64,000 nt of DNA from Octopus vulgaris (taxonomy: Eukaryota): the NCBI GenBank assembly GCA_951406725.2, contig OX597814.1, forward strand, positions 90,954,001 through 91,018,000, in the 5' to 3' direction. The translations under genes were made by a program, and so were the position numbers. The first letter of the stretch is position 1. Each line of letters begins with the position of its first letter. Positions 1 through 12,869 of this stretch are shown piece by piece. The notes below the pieces were generated by a model. It ran no database searches. It was not told the DNA's origin and was given only the letters and a program-made list of their open reading frames with translations.

Positions 1-25
1 GAGAGACAGACAGACAGAGAGAGAA

Positions 26-211
26 ATATATATAATATGATATAATATAATAGAATAAAATATAATTATATATATATATATGTATACATACATATATATA
101 TATATATAATCATATACATGTATATGATTATATATATATATATATATGTATGTATACATATATATATATAATTATATTTTATTCTATTATATTATATCAT
201 ATTATATATAT
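26..211. repeat. Near-perfect spacerless AT-rich palindrome (~186 bp)
   Basis: Centre at catg (117-120); left arm atatataatatgatataatataatagaataaaatataatt... is mirrored by ...aattatattttattctattatattatatcatattatatat; arms differ only in TA-repeat count. Confidence 0.9.
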
Positions 212-560
212 GTCTCTCTCTCTATATATATATTCTTCCATTTGAAGCGTTCTCATCTATTTTGATAGATTTTTGATATGAAATGAAATGGGAGAGGAGG
301 ATGTGAAGCAATATTGCAGAAGCATTCAAATATGCCATCAAGAACGTTCTCACGTATAAATACGTGATATGCATTCTCACTGAGGATGTCACCCACGTGC
401 ATGCGCGTACACAGAACAAATGATGATATATATAAGCAGTAGCACTTTTTGGGGATTCATTACCGCATTCACACATACAATGAAACACTGCTCACGCAGA
501 ACACACTCACGAACACGCGCGCACACATACATACACTATAAAAAGCATACGCGTATAGCT

Positions 561-632
<72 letters not shown>

Positions 633-635
633 CAA

Positions 636-830
636 TTTTAAAATATTGCGAAAAGGAAGAAAAGCGGGTGAATATATGGACAAAGTACAAGCAATGCATT
701 AATAAGACGCTCAGAGAAGTTAAAGAGTAATGGTTTTATGTTTTGAGCGTAGCTCTTCTTCACAAACAGGAAAGGCAGGAAACACGGAGGAGAAAATCGC
801 CAAAACTCATGTACTTTTACATTTTTGAAA
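636..830 (-). mobile_element. Penelope-like pLTR-type repeat with decayed hammerhead motif (same family as 45125-45320)
   Basis: Homologous to 45125-45320 (agacgctcag...gagcg.agctctt...aaacag); begins at the end of a (TA)n tract; minus strand 733-767 reads gttt-gTGAAGA-a-gagc(tac)gctc-aAAA-ca-TA-aaac. Confidence 0.55.
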
Positions 831-1519
831 TGGCCGGAAGTAGAAGGAATGAAGAGAAATTGCTTTCTGGGAGAGGAGGCTGTGAAAATGGTCGGTAGGT
901 GCGTGCGTGTTTGTGTGGCAGTGTGTGTATGTACGGTAACGTATGTGTGTGTGTGACAGTAACTGCATGAGTGTGTTTGTTCGTAGTGGTAATTGTGTGT
1001 GTGTGTGGTAGCGTGTGTGTGTGTTGTGGTAACTGTGTGTGCGCGTGTTTTAGTAATTGTGTGTGTGTTCGTATGCTCGTGTGGGGATGTGTGTGTGGCG
1101 ATATATGAAAACAATAAAACATTTTAAAAAGCAAACAAACCACGCGCATGCGCGAAATTAAAAATATAAAATGGTGACAATTTACACATCGTACCATCTA
1201 TGTATGTATGTATGTATGTATGTATGTATGTATACATGCATGTTTGTATGTATGAATGTTCGTATATATAAATATATATAATATTCAAAGGAATTCCAAC
1301 TCTGTTTTTTTATGTTTTACTTATATTCTTTATAATATTAATGTAGAGTATAGAATATATAGTATAAATAGTATATATAGTAAAATGAAATGAAGTATTG
1401 ATTGAGTAGATGAAATATTGAATATCTAATATTAAGGGACTAGTATACTTTCTTCCATTAAAGCAGTCTTCGAGGTCCCAGGTTGTGACAGGAATGTTTC
1501 AAAGGTACAATCATCATAC

Positions 1520-1572
<53 letters not shown>

Positions 1573-2955
1573 ATATAAATATATATGCATTTACAAACAC
1601 AAATCGACATATAGACGCATATGTGCACTTACACACAGGCTCACACATATATCCATGCATTCAAAAGAATGGTCGCTGTCATTTACAGAACATTAAGGCA
1701 GGTGTGCAGTTTTATTACAGTATTGTTCTTAGGTAAATTTTCTCCTGTATAGACACAGAAGTGTTATATGTTGGCCATTAATCCAGTATAAATTTGCATG
1801 ACGAGTTAAATGTAGCATCCAAATAAGCTATAAGCTATTATGGATATTTTAAAATGAAAGCACTAAAGGGAAACTAATATCGGAAGAATCTCCTTGTCTA
1901 ATGGAACCGGCGGCAGTGTATCAACCAAGACTTGTACTTTCTTTATAGATCTCAGAATGATGGACATTTTCTTGGCTTTGGATTGGATTAAACTCGGAAC
2001 TCAAGAAGTTTCGACTATCCATATGTCATACATACATTTGCATTCACGTACATATACAAACGCACAAGAATGCATGCACATGTTCATGTTTCCGTACGTT
2101 ATGCATGGGTGCTTCTAACCAATGACTTCATTTTAGAGATATTTGAACCACTTGTCTGAAATCCTCAGTTTAAATCATATTACCCATGTGTAGCATGGGT
2201 AATATGTTATATATACCAACGCTGCTAGCTATATTCGGACTATTTATTGTAGAGCATAAAACGACCTGCAGAGAAATAAATTCCTAAGGCATTAACGGAT
2301 GTAAAGTTGCGAGTATTGATTTCTCCAATATTTTCCAATTTCGGAGCAATTTATTGGCATCAAGCTGGGGGAAAATGTTGCAGAAGTTGTTGTCTTTGCT
2401 TTAGAGAAGTATTAAGGTGCGTGTGATATAGACGGTAATTGTACGATAGTCTGCAAAAATATGTTGTTGTAAGCATAGGAGTGTGTAATGAATGCGTGTT
2501 ATATATTTCAACTGATCACTGCAAACATGCTTGTGAGCATACGTACCCAATGATACATGCATACACACACATGCATACGACACATACACACACATATGCC
2601 CAAACACATATAAATTATTTATTTAGATTTATATATATGGATATATAGAGGCATACTCATTTACGTATATGTACGTATTCATATATTGAATATAATGAAT
2701 GTGTGTGCGTATGTCTGTGTATAATAATATATTCGTCAACTAGTGTAAATAAATATGTGCATGCTTGTACACATTTATTTATACTCGCACAGCGAAACCT
2801 TGCACACACGCACGAACCCCCCACGCACGCACACACTCACACATATATGTATATATCTATAAGTACGTATAGTTTCAACTAATACTGATGATATATAAGC
2901 GCTTAAAAAAATAATATTTAATATCAATTAGTAATATCCCCGTATATTTACAAAA

Positions 2956-4111
2956 CTAGCAGCATAGCCCGGCGTTGCCCGGGTATGTAAGAGCCCCTAG
3001 TAGGCAACGACTGATCCCAATCTAGTCCTTCTCCTCTAGGGAACGAAGGCGCACGTGTAGGTTGCAATGTCTTCTCTTCACTCCCAAATAACTATCAAAC
3101 AGCTATCGATAATTCAACCCAACCAATTCCTACCAGGAAGAAATTACATTCGAGGTTTTACCCCCAACACCGCTACATCTGCTAATAGCTGCTGCAGCCG
3201 CAAGTTATTCGAATAATTTTTTGTTTAAACTTTCTTTATAACTACCACCCCAAACGTTTTACCTTAAATTTTTGACGTACCCTAAGGGTCCTCGGACGCT
3301 AATTGCAAACTCTTGGTTTATTATAAACCGCTTTTGTCGTGTGCACCAAAAAACCTTTTCCATTCGTTTGTTCAGTTTGGTCACTTTTGACTTTTTCGTT
3401 GTCACATTACTGCCCGCTTTTTTGCCGTTTTTGTACATTTATATACATTTTGGGATACTTACCGCACGTGTTCCGAGAGTTCAAAAGGTCGAGTTACGTC
3501 CCCTAGACAGTCTGTGGTTTGTGTTTAATACACAAATCGGTTTGCTATGTGTGCCACATATGATTTAATTAACCGATTTTTTCCAGTAATAAAGTATCCT
3601 ATTGGAATAAAAAGGGCCATATAGCTCCTTGGAGCAGACATGATGCTCGATGTGAATTTAAAAAAAAAATCCTGCCAATTTTTGAAAGATATGGTCGAAA
3701 ATATGTCATCTTGAATTTGAACGCGATTTCCTAAAATGGCATGATTTTATCGATTTTTACTGATGGTAAGGTATTGCATGGAAAACTAACGTCAGAATTA
3801 ATTTTCTTAGGGTAACATTAAGCTTCACCATGTGTTTGGTGAAAATCGATTGCAAATTGCGAAAAGTACAACAGAAAATGTGTTGCATATAAAAAGCTTA
3901 GATTCTCGACCCCATGTCGAATTTATCAATTTTTTTCAGAACCGGGGCAACTTTTCAAAATTTTCGCTGCGTTAGTTTTGAATTATGACATTGCGCTATG
4001 TGTGTGTCAAGTTTCATCAGAATCGTTTGAAAGCCGTGGTCAGGGTGAAGGTACAACCTGACAGACACACAGACACACAGACAGACAAACTGCCGTTTAT
4101 ATATAGAGAGA
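2956..4111 (-). mobile_element. Non-autonomous Helitron, apparently complete (Lep1-like architecture)
   Basis: Minus strand starts A|TC (tctctctatatataaac...) followed by gtct/gtgtct microsatellite; ends with GC-rich hairpin cccgg-gcaacg-ccggg (2968-2983) and CTAG|T; no TSD. Confidence 0.85.
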
Positions 4112-4944
4112 TAATCATTTAATGATACGTCACTTGCTCAGTTTCCGAAATATTTTGAAAGATACTTCATAAAGTTCCACAAAATTTGACCAGAGAATTG
4201 CATTCATATGGTCATCAGTCAATCTCGTTTGATGTGTTTACATTTTTGAAAATGTTTACACACACACATAAGTTGTTCCAACTTTTGCCATACAAGAGGC
4301 AAATGAACTCTCATTGCAGGAAGTTACACAAAAGGCACAGCGCGGCGGCGAGCCAGATGAACTGACTTCGCAGGCTGTAGTTTGATGACTTCTGGTATAA
4401 ATCAAAAGCAATTGCATGTGAACGATCGTTAACAAAAATATCCATCTTCATTTCCCATACTAAATAAATATTGATTTAAGCATATATTGTCTACCTAATT
4501 TCAATAAAGTTAATTCCTATCTATTCTTAAATATATACACATGATCTTGTTTACCAAATGTTCGCAATTCTTTTTTTTTCCACAAATGCCTCTCGTCCTC
4601 CTCATTTCTTTTCCCCATAATCCTTAAAATCTAATCATGCATTTGAAATGCATTAAAATTCATTATTAACTCACTCCTACACTGCAACCCCTAATCTCCA
4701 CCCCCATTGAAGATGAATCTGAAAATAAATGAAAAGCACTTGAAACTCAAAGAAACATTTACTATCTGGTGAAGGCAACCAAGAAGAAATCTTGTGATCA
4801 TTATCAATAATTTTCTTCTAAAAGTACGGTAAATGTAATACTCATATTAATTGATACTTAAATTAAAATTTAATCGTCTTTTATGTATAGCTATACGTAA
4901 AAGAAACATTTGTGTATGTATTTATTAATGCATATATGTATCTA

Positions 4945-5071
4945 CTTGTGTATGTATGAATGTATGCATGTATGTATGTATGTATGTATGTATGTATGTA
5001 TGTATGTATGTATGTATGTATGTATGTGTGTATGTATGTATATGTGTATTTATTTATATATATATATACAT

Positions 5072-5106
<35 letters not shown>

Positions 5107-5127
5107 CACATACATATATATATATAA
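4945..5127. repeat. Compound microsatellite (TATG)n/(TA)n/(CA)n
   Basis: Directly visible; one example of dozens of such tracts in the window. Confidence 0.95.
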
Positions 5128-5244
5128 TTGCTAACTAGATGTGGCGGTTCTATAGAGGACGATGATACTGTTGCTTTTAGCTCCCTTGGGACTAAAAACA
5201 ACTGTAGCATCGTTCTCTATGGGGCCGACACAGCTAGTCGGCAA
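5128..5244. other. ~117 bp imperfect palindrome/hairpin (mini-MITE or structured RNA)
   Basis: actagatgtggcggttctatagaggacgatgatactgttgcttttagctccc / gggactaaaaacaactgtagcatcgttctctatggggccgacacagctagt are reverse complements around a 2-nt loop. Confidence 0.75.
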
Positions 5245-6278
5245 GTTCGCAATTATATTTTACGATTCTGTACTGCTGCTGTTTACTTCTCGCTCAGAGA
5301 TTTAATATTGTATGTATATATGTATGTATATATCTATATATCTATATCTATATCTTCTTTTCCCTATATTGTGTCGCATTTGAAAAGATGGTAAAGAGAT
5401 TTTGCGCATAATAATGTTAATATAGGTTAAGCTACACTGTTGACTCCCACACTATTTAGACATAATATTTACTGCATTTCCTATGCATGTGTACCAATAA
5501 GATGCTTCTCACGTTAAACACAATAACTCAGCCTATAATTCAATTATCTACTCAAATTTTATCGTAATCTGCCACGCGTAAAATGTGTCCAGTCGGTAAT
5601 TTTATATTAGAAGAAACACTTAACATTTTCAGTCTTTCATTCGATTGTTTCTCATTTATTTAAAATGTTTCAAATAATCTCGTGTGAGGTACAACATATA
5701 TCCGTTCAAAGTGGTATGAATTGCGAGTAACATCTCACTTAACACTTGAAGTGCACTTCCTGCTAAACTCATAATCTGTATCGTTATTGCGTTTATGAAA
5801 GGAAACTGCTATTCTCTTTTCGTGAAGACATTTTGTGTAGGTGTGACGTCCGTATTCCTCTTTACAGTATGACGTAAATATCCATCTACCAACGATCTAC
5901 CCTCAAGAGTTTGTTTGACACACTGGCGGCAAAGCTGTCTGTTGAGCGTATGAGTATTATTAAGCTCCAGGTATCTTGTTTCTTTCTACTTACCATCACT
6001 TCATCGTACAGTTGTGCATCAACGGTATATGGTTGGAAACCACAGGACAGCGTACAAAATGCAACAAGTGGTTTTGTATGCGGGGTGCATTTCTTTATAA
6101 ACTTTAATCATATTTCTCATTGAAACTGAGTTCATAATTTTGTGTGACGTAACCATCATTCAGTAAGTGAATGATTGTTTTAGGAGCTGATGTAAAGCTG
6201 CTATAGGGTTACAAGCAAAATTTGCATTACAATATGTTGGTGTATTGTGGTATTGTGTCTATCTGCTGGATTCTTATA

Positions 6279-6685
6279 TTCTTTTATTCTTTTTCTTTTA
6301 TTCTTTTACTTGCTTCAATCATTTGACTGCGGCCATGCTAAAGCAAAGCCTTTAGTCGAACAAATCGACCCCAGGACGTATTCTTCGTAAGTCTATTACT
6401 TATTCTATCGGTCACTTTTGCCAAACTGTTAAGTTACGTGGACGTAAACACACCAACATCAATTGTCAAATGATAGTGGGGGAAACACACACATATTTTT
6501 TACGAACACATATATTATATACGACTGGTTTCTTTTTAGTTTTCGTTTACCAAATCCACTCACAAGGCTTTGGTTATCTCGATGCTATAGTAGAAGACAC
6601 TTGCCTAAGTTGCCACGCAGTAGGACTGAAACCGGAATCGTGTGGTTGGTGAGCGAGCTGATAAGCATACAGCCACGCCTGCGCC
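6279..6685 (-). mobile_element. tRNA-derived SINE family A (octopus-type, internal microsatellite)
   Basis: Reverse complement of ggcgcaggcgtggctgt... head, ccttgtgagtggatttggta body and ...aagtaaaagaataaaaga tail; homologous to about 11 other copies. Confidence 0.9.
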
Positions 6686-8077
6686 TATATACACGGTTCA
6701 CTTACATTTTTGTTCATGTACTAGGATGCTTGGATATTTTGTCAGCCATCGTGTTACAGGACTACGTCTTGTATCAGTGTCAAAGTTTCGGCATAGTTAT
6801 AATAACCGGATGCACTTTCTAACGGCAAACACGTTATATAGTGCAATAAGCATTTTCACCATATATTAGCCATAATGAGGTAATTTTCTAACTATTAAGC
6901 CTGAAGTACCTACCTACTCGACTGAGAGGGAGAGAGAAATATCCAAAATATATTTGTGTTTGTTTCATATTTTTGTCTAGGAGTTATATTTAAAAGAACG
7001 AAACCTTGATTGTTGGTGCTTGTTAACGACTCACTCCACTGTCAAATATTTGACGCCCTCCAAACCTGCAGGCTTATATGTATCAAGATGCATTCCTCAT
7101 ACCACGGATGGTTAAATTTTTAGACAACTTCATGGAAAAATAAATGGCCAAGATAATTTATTTGAGACAATTATATAAGCAAATCTATCGAACACAACAT
7201 CGAATGATGCGATTATGAACTGTGTGAACTGAGCTGAGAAGAAGTTATAAGACAGTCTAGACGTTTACTTCCGTGTTAAGCTTTTGAAAAAGCAATATTA
7301 TCTAAAATATTTCTTCGTAATATGTCATAAGTAATCAATTAATATTTTGCTATTATTTATAGTTTTCTAGTTGCAATAGTCGTGCTGGGGGTTTATCGTA
7401 GAATACACCATTGCGGTGACTTTGTTATGACATTCTTACCTACATGCATTATGTTTTTTTATTATTTATTTTCATATATCTAGATTTGTTAATTATTGCT
7501 CTAGAGTTTCTGTAAGCTCCCATCACACACAGAAATAGGAAAGGCGCTCCGATAGAAACAATTCAGTCTATTTGCACACACTGTCTAAGACTTGTTATCA
7601 AAGACAGAAGAGTGTTGTGCTTGAGAAAAAATTTGCGATTATATCATGTTCATAGTGCCATCACAGGCACTGTTTTAAGATTTGTTTTGATGCTGCACAA
7701 GAATTAATATTGGAGTGTTCAAAGACTTAAGTAATGCTAAAGCGAATATTTCATTTAATGTGTCTATACCATTTTGCTAGTTATTCCCTTCATTACACGG
7801 AGGTGAATGACACGCAAATCGAAATCCTAACTAGAACTATTGAAATGGAGTAAACTCTGTTACATGCTTACAATGGCTAAGAGGTAAACTTATGAACACC
7901 ACAAATAAAGGAGGTTTGTTTGGGGGTATATTTATTTAAAAATAGGTGCTTATTCACACACACACACACATATATATACATACACAGAGAGACAGCGTTA
8001 CACACACGCACACAAACACACACAAACACACATACATGTATATGTATATATTTGATATAAATTTACACACACACAGA

Positions 8078-8513
8078 GGCGCAGGCTTGGCTAAGTGGTA
8101 AGACGTTTGCCTCCCACCCACAAGGTTCCGGGTTCAGGCCCATCTCGTGGCACGCTGAGCGAGTGTTTTCTACTACATACTCAGGCCGACCGAACTATTT
8201 CACACATACATATATATGCATATACATACACACCCAAGTGTGTGTGCGTGTGACATATGTGTGTGTTTATATATATATATATATATGTGTGTGTGTATTT
8301 GTGTCTGTGTTTGTTCCCAACATCACCTTTTGACAACCGGTATTGATATGTTTACGTCCTCGTAACGTAGTGGTTCAACAAAAGAGACCGATAGAATAAG
8401 TACTAGGCTCAAAAATAAGTCCTGGGCTCGATTTCTTCGACGAAAAGACTTCAAGGAGGAGCGCCAGTATAGCTGCAGTCACATGACTGAAACAAGTAAA
8501 AGAATAAAAGAAT
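8078..8513 (+). mobile_element. tRNA-derived SINE family A
   Basis: A box tggctaagtggt, B box gggttcaggccc, internal (TA)/(TG) tract, tail gactgaaacaagtaaaagaataaaaga. Confidence 0.9.
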
Positions 8514-8800
8514 ATATTTATGTGTGTGTGACGTGTCCTATATAGTTCAGTGAGATTAACATCTTTATATGAGCCTAGCGTTGTAGTTTTATCAATCGTG
8601 CGTACTTACATTTACAATTTTAAATAAGAAACAAGTAGACTTGAAAATACACCTAAAATAGATCATTAGAATAAGTACGAGATTTAAGCAACAGGATTTT
8701 AAAATAATTAAAGAGGGTATTTTTGAAGAAACTCTTCAATTCTCGAAATATATATACACTGATACATGCTAATACCTATTGCTTACACACACATACACAC

Positions 8801-8807
8801 GTTGTTG

Positions 8808-8869
<62 letters not shown>
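8801..8869. repeat. (GTT)n/(ATT)n microsatellite abutting the 3' end of the R4-like element
   Basis: Direct. Confidence 0.95.
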
Positions 8870-8870
<1 letters not shown>

Positions 8871-9154
8871 GTTTGGCTTTTGCTCTGTATTTACACAAGT
8901 CGACTCCAATTCATCTAGTTAGGAGTTGGTATTAATAGTAGGGTGCTAAATCTTTTGGTGTTGCACAAAGTATTGTTCTAGAGAATGTCCTTCAAAATGC
9001 AAGAAAATTAGAAGTTTGTTTTAAAAGTAATTTAGTGATAAGCTGATAGTATGATCTTAAGATGGCAGTAAAAGGTGTCTGTTATTGTGTTCATTTAAAT
9101 GTACTTCTGACAATATCTACAAGTTAAAATGTTTTTGGAATTACATAGACAATA

Positions 9155-9548
9155 GACAGGAGTGGCTGTGTGGTAAGAAATTTGCTTCCCAACCATATGG
9201 TTTCGGGTTCAGCCCAACTGAGTGACACTTTGGGCAAATGTCTACTGTTATAACATAGGACCGACCTAAGCCTTGCGAGTAGACTTGGTAGACGGAAACT
9301 GAAAGAAGCCCGTCGTATATATAAATATATATATATATATTCATATGTGTGATGTGTCTGTGTTTGTCCCCCCGCCGCCGCTTGACAACCAACGTTGGTA
9401 TGTTTATGTCCCTGTAACTTAGCGGTTCGGCAAAAGCTGATTGAATAAGTACCAAGCTTACAAAGAATAAGTCTGGGGTCGATTTCTTCGACTAAAAGGC
9501 GGTGCTCCAACGTTGTCGCAGTCAGATGACTGAAACAAGAAAAAGAGT
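9155..9548 (+). mobile_element. tRNA-derived SINE family A nested in the R4-like element
   Basis: ggagtggctgtgtggtaag head, gggttcagccc B box, tail gactgaaacaagaaaaagagt. Confidence 0.9.
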
Positions 9549-10266
9549 TCCCACGAGCGCTATTTTTAAAATTCCTTCCATTTCTGGATTTCCTGGTATC
9601 TGAGATAGGGAACAAATAGCCCCTTTTGTAATCATTCCTAGCACACTAATGACAGCAGGTATCATTTAACTCTTAGGGTTCCACATTTCGCCAATTTCTA
9701 TTTCGAGGTCTTTATAGTTGCTCTTTTTTTGGAGGGCCTTGACACATACATTTATGACGATTGAGACAATAAAAATCGCTGAGGAGGCATGACATTTGTT
9801 TGAAATGTTTCAATATAACGTCTGGCCTATTTTCATGTATATTTCTATCTGTTTGAACAGTAAAATCACAAAGGAGTGGAATGTGATGATATTCAAGCAC
9901 TGGAGGTGGTTTGTATTCCCACAATTTTTTTCATGGGACTGGTCCAGGTCTTTGTAAGTTACCCAGTCTATTGACTGTGTCGCTTTTCGTGCCTGTTGAG
10001 ATAGCCTGTAGGCGCAAAAACGCTACACATGGAGACAGCATGATCGATATTTTCAGTCTGCTGTTTACATACACGAGATGTTGAGCTACTGCAGTTCTCT
10101 AAAATGTTAGCCTGGTAAGAAGGGATTGATCTTGGACTGCTATGATAAAGTTTTCTGTCTCTGATTTTAAGCTAGAAGACGTTAACCATTGATGGGTACG
10201 GGCTCTGTCACGATCGACATCATTAACTCTGTTTTGGTATTAAACAGAAAAAGGTTTTTCTTGACA

Positions 10267-10449
10267 TTTATCAGTAAGAATATATCTAAAGGTGCAACTT
10301 TAGCAAGGATTTTCATGCGCTTAGCTTTTCCTGCTTTTCCAGCACGTCTAATTCTGGAATTTATCAGTAAAAATATCTAAAGCTGCAATCTTTGCAAGGA
10401 TTTTCATACGTTTAGCTTTTTCTATATTTCCAGTACGTCTAATTCGGGG
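10267..10449. repeat. Diverged tandem duplication (~92 bp x2)
   Basis: tttatcagtaa..atatctaaag.tgcaa....gcaaggattttcat.cg.ttagctttt....ccag.acgtctaattc occurs twice. Confidence 0.8.
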
Positions 10450-10504
10450 ATTTGCCGTATTTGAAGTTCACTTACATATTTCCTTGCCTGTTTTGTTATT
10501 GAGT

Positions 10505-10525
10505 ATGATGTTATTAATGTTGTTG

Positions 10526-10571
<46 letters not shown>

Positions 10572-10658
10572 CATTGTTGTTATTATTATCCTCCTCCTCC
10601 TCCTCCTCCTCCTCCTCCTCCTCATCATCATCATCATCATCATCACCATCACCATCAC

Positions 10659-10689
<31 letters not shown>

Positions 10690-10745
10690 TCATCATTATT
10701 ATTATTATTATTATTATTGTTGTTGTCATTATTATTACTATTGCT
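10505..10745. repeat. Compound trinucleotide microsatellite (GTT/ATT/CCT/CAT/ATT)
   Basis: Direct. Confidence 0.95.
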
Positions 10746-10749
10746 AGCT

Positions 10750-11300
10750 TTTATTTCTGTCTAAATTTAGTTTATCGACGTTGAGTGATTTCATTGAATA
10801 ATCATATATGATATCCTTTTATTTTGTCTTCTGTATGGATAGTGTTTCCTGATGTTCAGTTTTATTGCATTTAGAATAACTATATTCTAAATCATTTCAT
10901 CGTAAGTAGTTGGGCTAGAAGGCTGGATTTTGTGGAACATCCTTCATTCTATCGTAGAAGCAGTCGAGCATTACTCCAGCTCTTTACATTCTTTTCCATA
11001 TTATGCATATAAGGCTCCTGAATACAATCTTCTGTCGAGAACTCTTTTAACTTTGTTTTGATGCTAAACATACGTTAGTTGGTGTAGTTGTACTACTATG
11101 GTTATTTTTATTTATTGGCATGCATTTGCAATTGCTGGTTTGATGTTACTTTTATTCAACTCCATTTGTAGTTCAGTGATATGGGAGCAAGCTGTTAATG
11201 TGTGTTACCTCTATGCTATAAATTTAAGAGTATTGTGTGTGCAAAGATTGTTAGGGGAATTTCAGAGTGATTTGAGAGTTTAATTATGAAACTAACCAAC
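10750..11300 (-). mobile_element. Highly decayed non-LTR retrotransposon fragment, possibly R4-like post-RT region
   Basis: Minus strand gives ELNKSNIKPAI and RRLY, weakly resembling R4-type ELNxxNxxxAI and RLY motifs. Confidence 0.3.
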
Positions 11301-11433
11301 AGTGATTGCATTGTAAAAGTGGTTGCAGGATTTCCGTGAGGCCTTTAGAAACATTTTCCATTTCAATGGAAACTATTTGCATAGATTTATGCGTGTGATT
11401 TAAATATGTATAATATGATTTAAATATGTATAA

Positions 11434-11664
11434 GGCGGCGAGCTGGCAGAAACGCTAGCACGCCGGGCGAAATACTTTGTACTATTTCGTCCGCCGCTGC
11501 GTTCTAAGTTCAAATTCCGCCGAGGTCGACTTTGCCTTTTATCCTTTCGGGGTCGATAAATTAAGTACCACTTACACACTGGGGTCGATGTAATCTACTT
11601 AATCTTTTTGTCTGTCCTTGTTTCTCCCCTCTATGTTTAGCCGCTAGTGAGCAATAAAAAAAAG
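11434..11664 (+). mobile_element. tRNA-derived SINE family B with conserved central domain
   Basis: ggcggcgagctggcaga head, agttcaaattcc B box, core gaggtcgactttgccttttatcctttcggggtcgataaattaagtacc (resembles Deu/Nin-type SINE cores), A-rich end. Confidence 0.85.
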
Positions 11665-12039
11665 TTACAGATGTATTTCAAGTTGATTGGTTGCTATGCC
11701 AATATAGGATATTCATATTTCTATGTCCATGTATCTATCTATCTATATATATATATATATATATCTACCTAACTTTCTGCCTGTCTATTTTATGTCTATC
11801 TATCTATCTATCAAACTATTTCTGTCTCCCTCCCTCAATATATACACCAATATATTCATTTGTACATAGACATTGGTGATCATACATGCAAACTTTTTTC
11901 TACAGGAGACTGTAGTCTATGTTTAATAAAATGATGTTTCATTTCTGAGTTCCCTTTGATTATTACTTGCATAAAATGTCTCAGTTATGCATCGCAACTT
12001 CTCTTCGAATCCTCTATCGTCGGATTACCCAATTACAGA

Positions 12040-12155
12040 TGAATAGACAGGGGCAACATGAAGTAAAGGCAACACTCTCCGCCAGGTTGAGAATCGCAAC
12101 CAATATATTGCGATCGTGAGTGCAACACCTTAACATCTCGGTCACACGCCTCCAC
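12040..12155 (-). mobile_element. SINE family C head fragment
   Basis: Reverse complement tgtggaggcgtgtgaccgagatgttaaggtgttgcactcacgatcg resembles the head at 18290. Confidence 0.55.
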
Positions 12156-12869
12156 AAACACTTACATAGTTATATGTATACTATACATTTGAGATTCCTC
12201 AAATTCTAGCAGCTCAACTAACAAAGATGAATTGTTTATAGAGATCAAATGTTTGTGCTGGACATAAACTCACTCTCTCCATTAAATCGCTGTTGTCTGT
12301 GCAGGTGCACGGTGTACAATATGTCAGTTGTCGAAGACATTGCAGTGCGACATGGGATGTAGGGATTTGCTTAAAAATACAAGCATCTCCCGGTACATGA
12401 ATCTAGCACCTCACCACTATATACGTATGTGATATGTATGTGTGGGTTTGTGTAGGTACACCTAAATGTAATGATGATTAAATGTATTAGGTTTAGATGT
12501 CGTTGCGTTTACATGTATCACCGTGGACGTCTTGAAAACTGCTTATACTTTCACACTTTACGGTCTCTTAATTTTAGTTAAAACTGCACTGAGTTTACTA
12601 TTAGAGGTTTTCAACCCCTGTAGCATAGCAATATAAATAAAGGACTAAGATATTATCTGTACATCTAGCTGGACATGCTGGTCATTATTGTTATTTTTCT
12701 CCTTTTGTTTTGCTATCATTTCTTCCTATTACCCTCGCCTTGTAATTCTTCTCGTTCGTCATTCCACTTTTTCGTTTTCTCTGGCCTTTCTTTCGAACAT
12801 GCAAGAGTTAAATAATTTTAAAAAGAAATTGTTTATGCTATGTTTTGTTATATGTTTTATCAGTTTTAT

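Larger units (their letters stand above)
8870..10500 (-). mobile_element. 5'-truncated, decayed R4/Dong-like non-LTR retrotransposon (RLE domain), interrupted by a SINE
   Basis: Minus-strand translation: HQWLTSSSLKSETENFIIAVQDQSLLTR, knuckle (S)RVCKQQTENIDHAVSMC, DFTVQTDRNIHENRPDVIL (PD motif of the restriction-like endonuclease), NYKDLEIEIGEMWNPK*MIPAVISVLGMI; contains frameshifts and stops. The 5' boundary is approximate. Confidence 0.8.

Noticed and set aside
1488-1520. Hammerhead on minus strand (aUGAUGA...GAAAC)
   Set aside because: C3 is missing and stem II does not pair; at best a ruined remnant.
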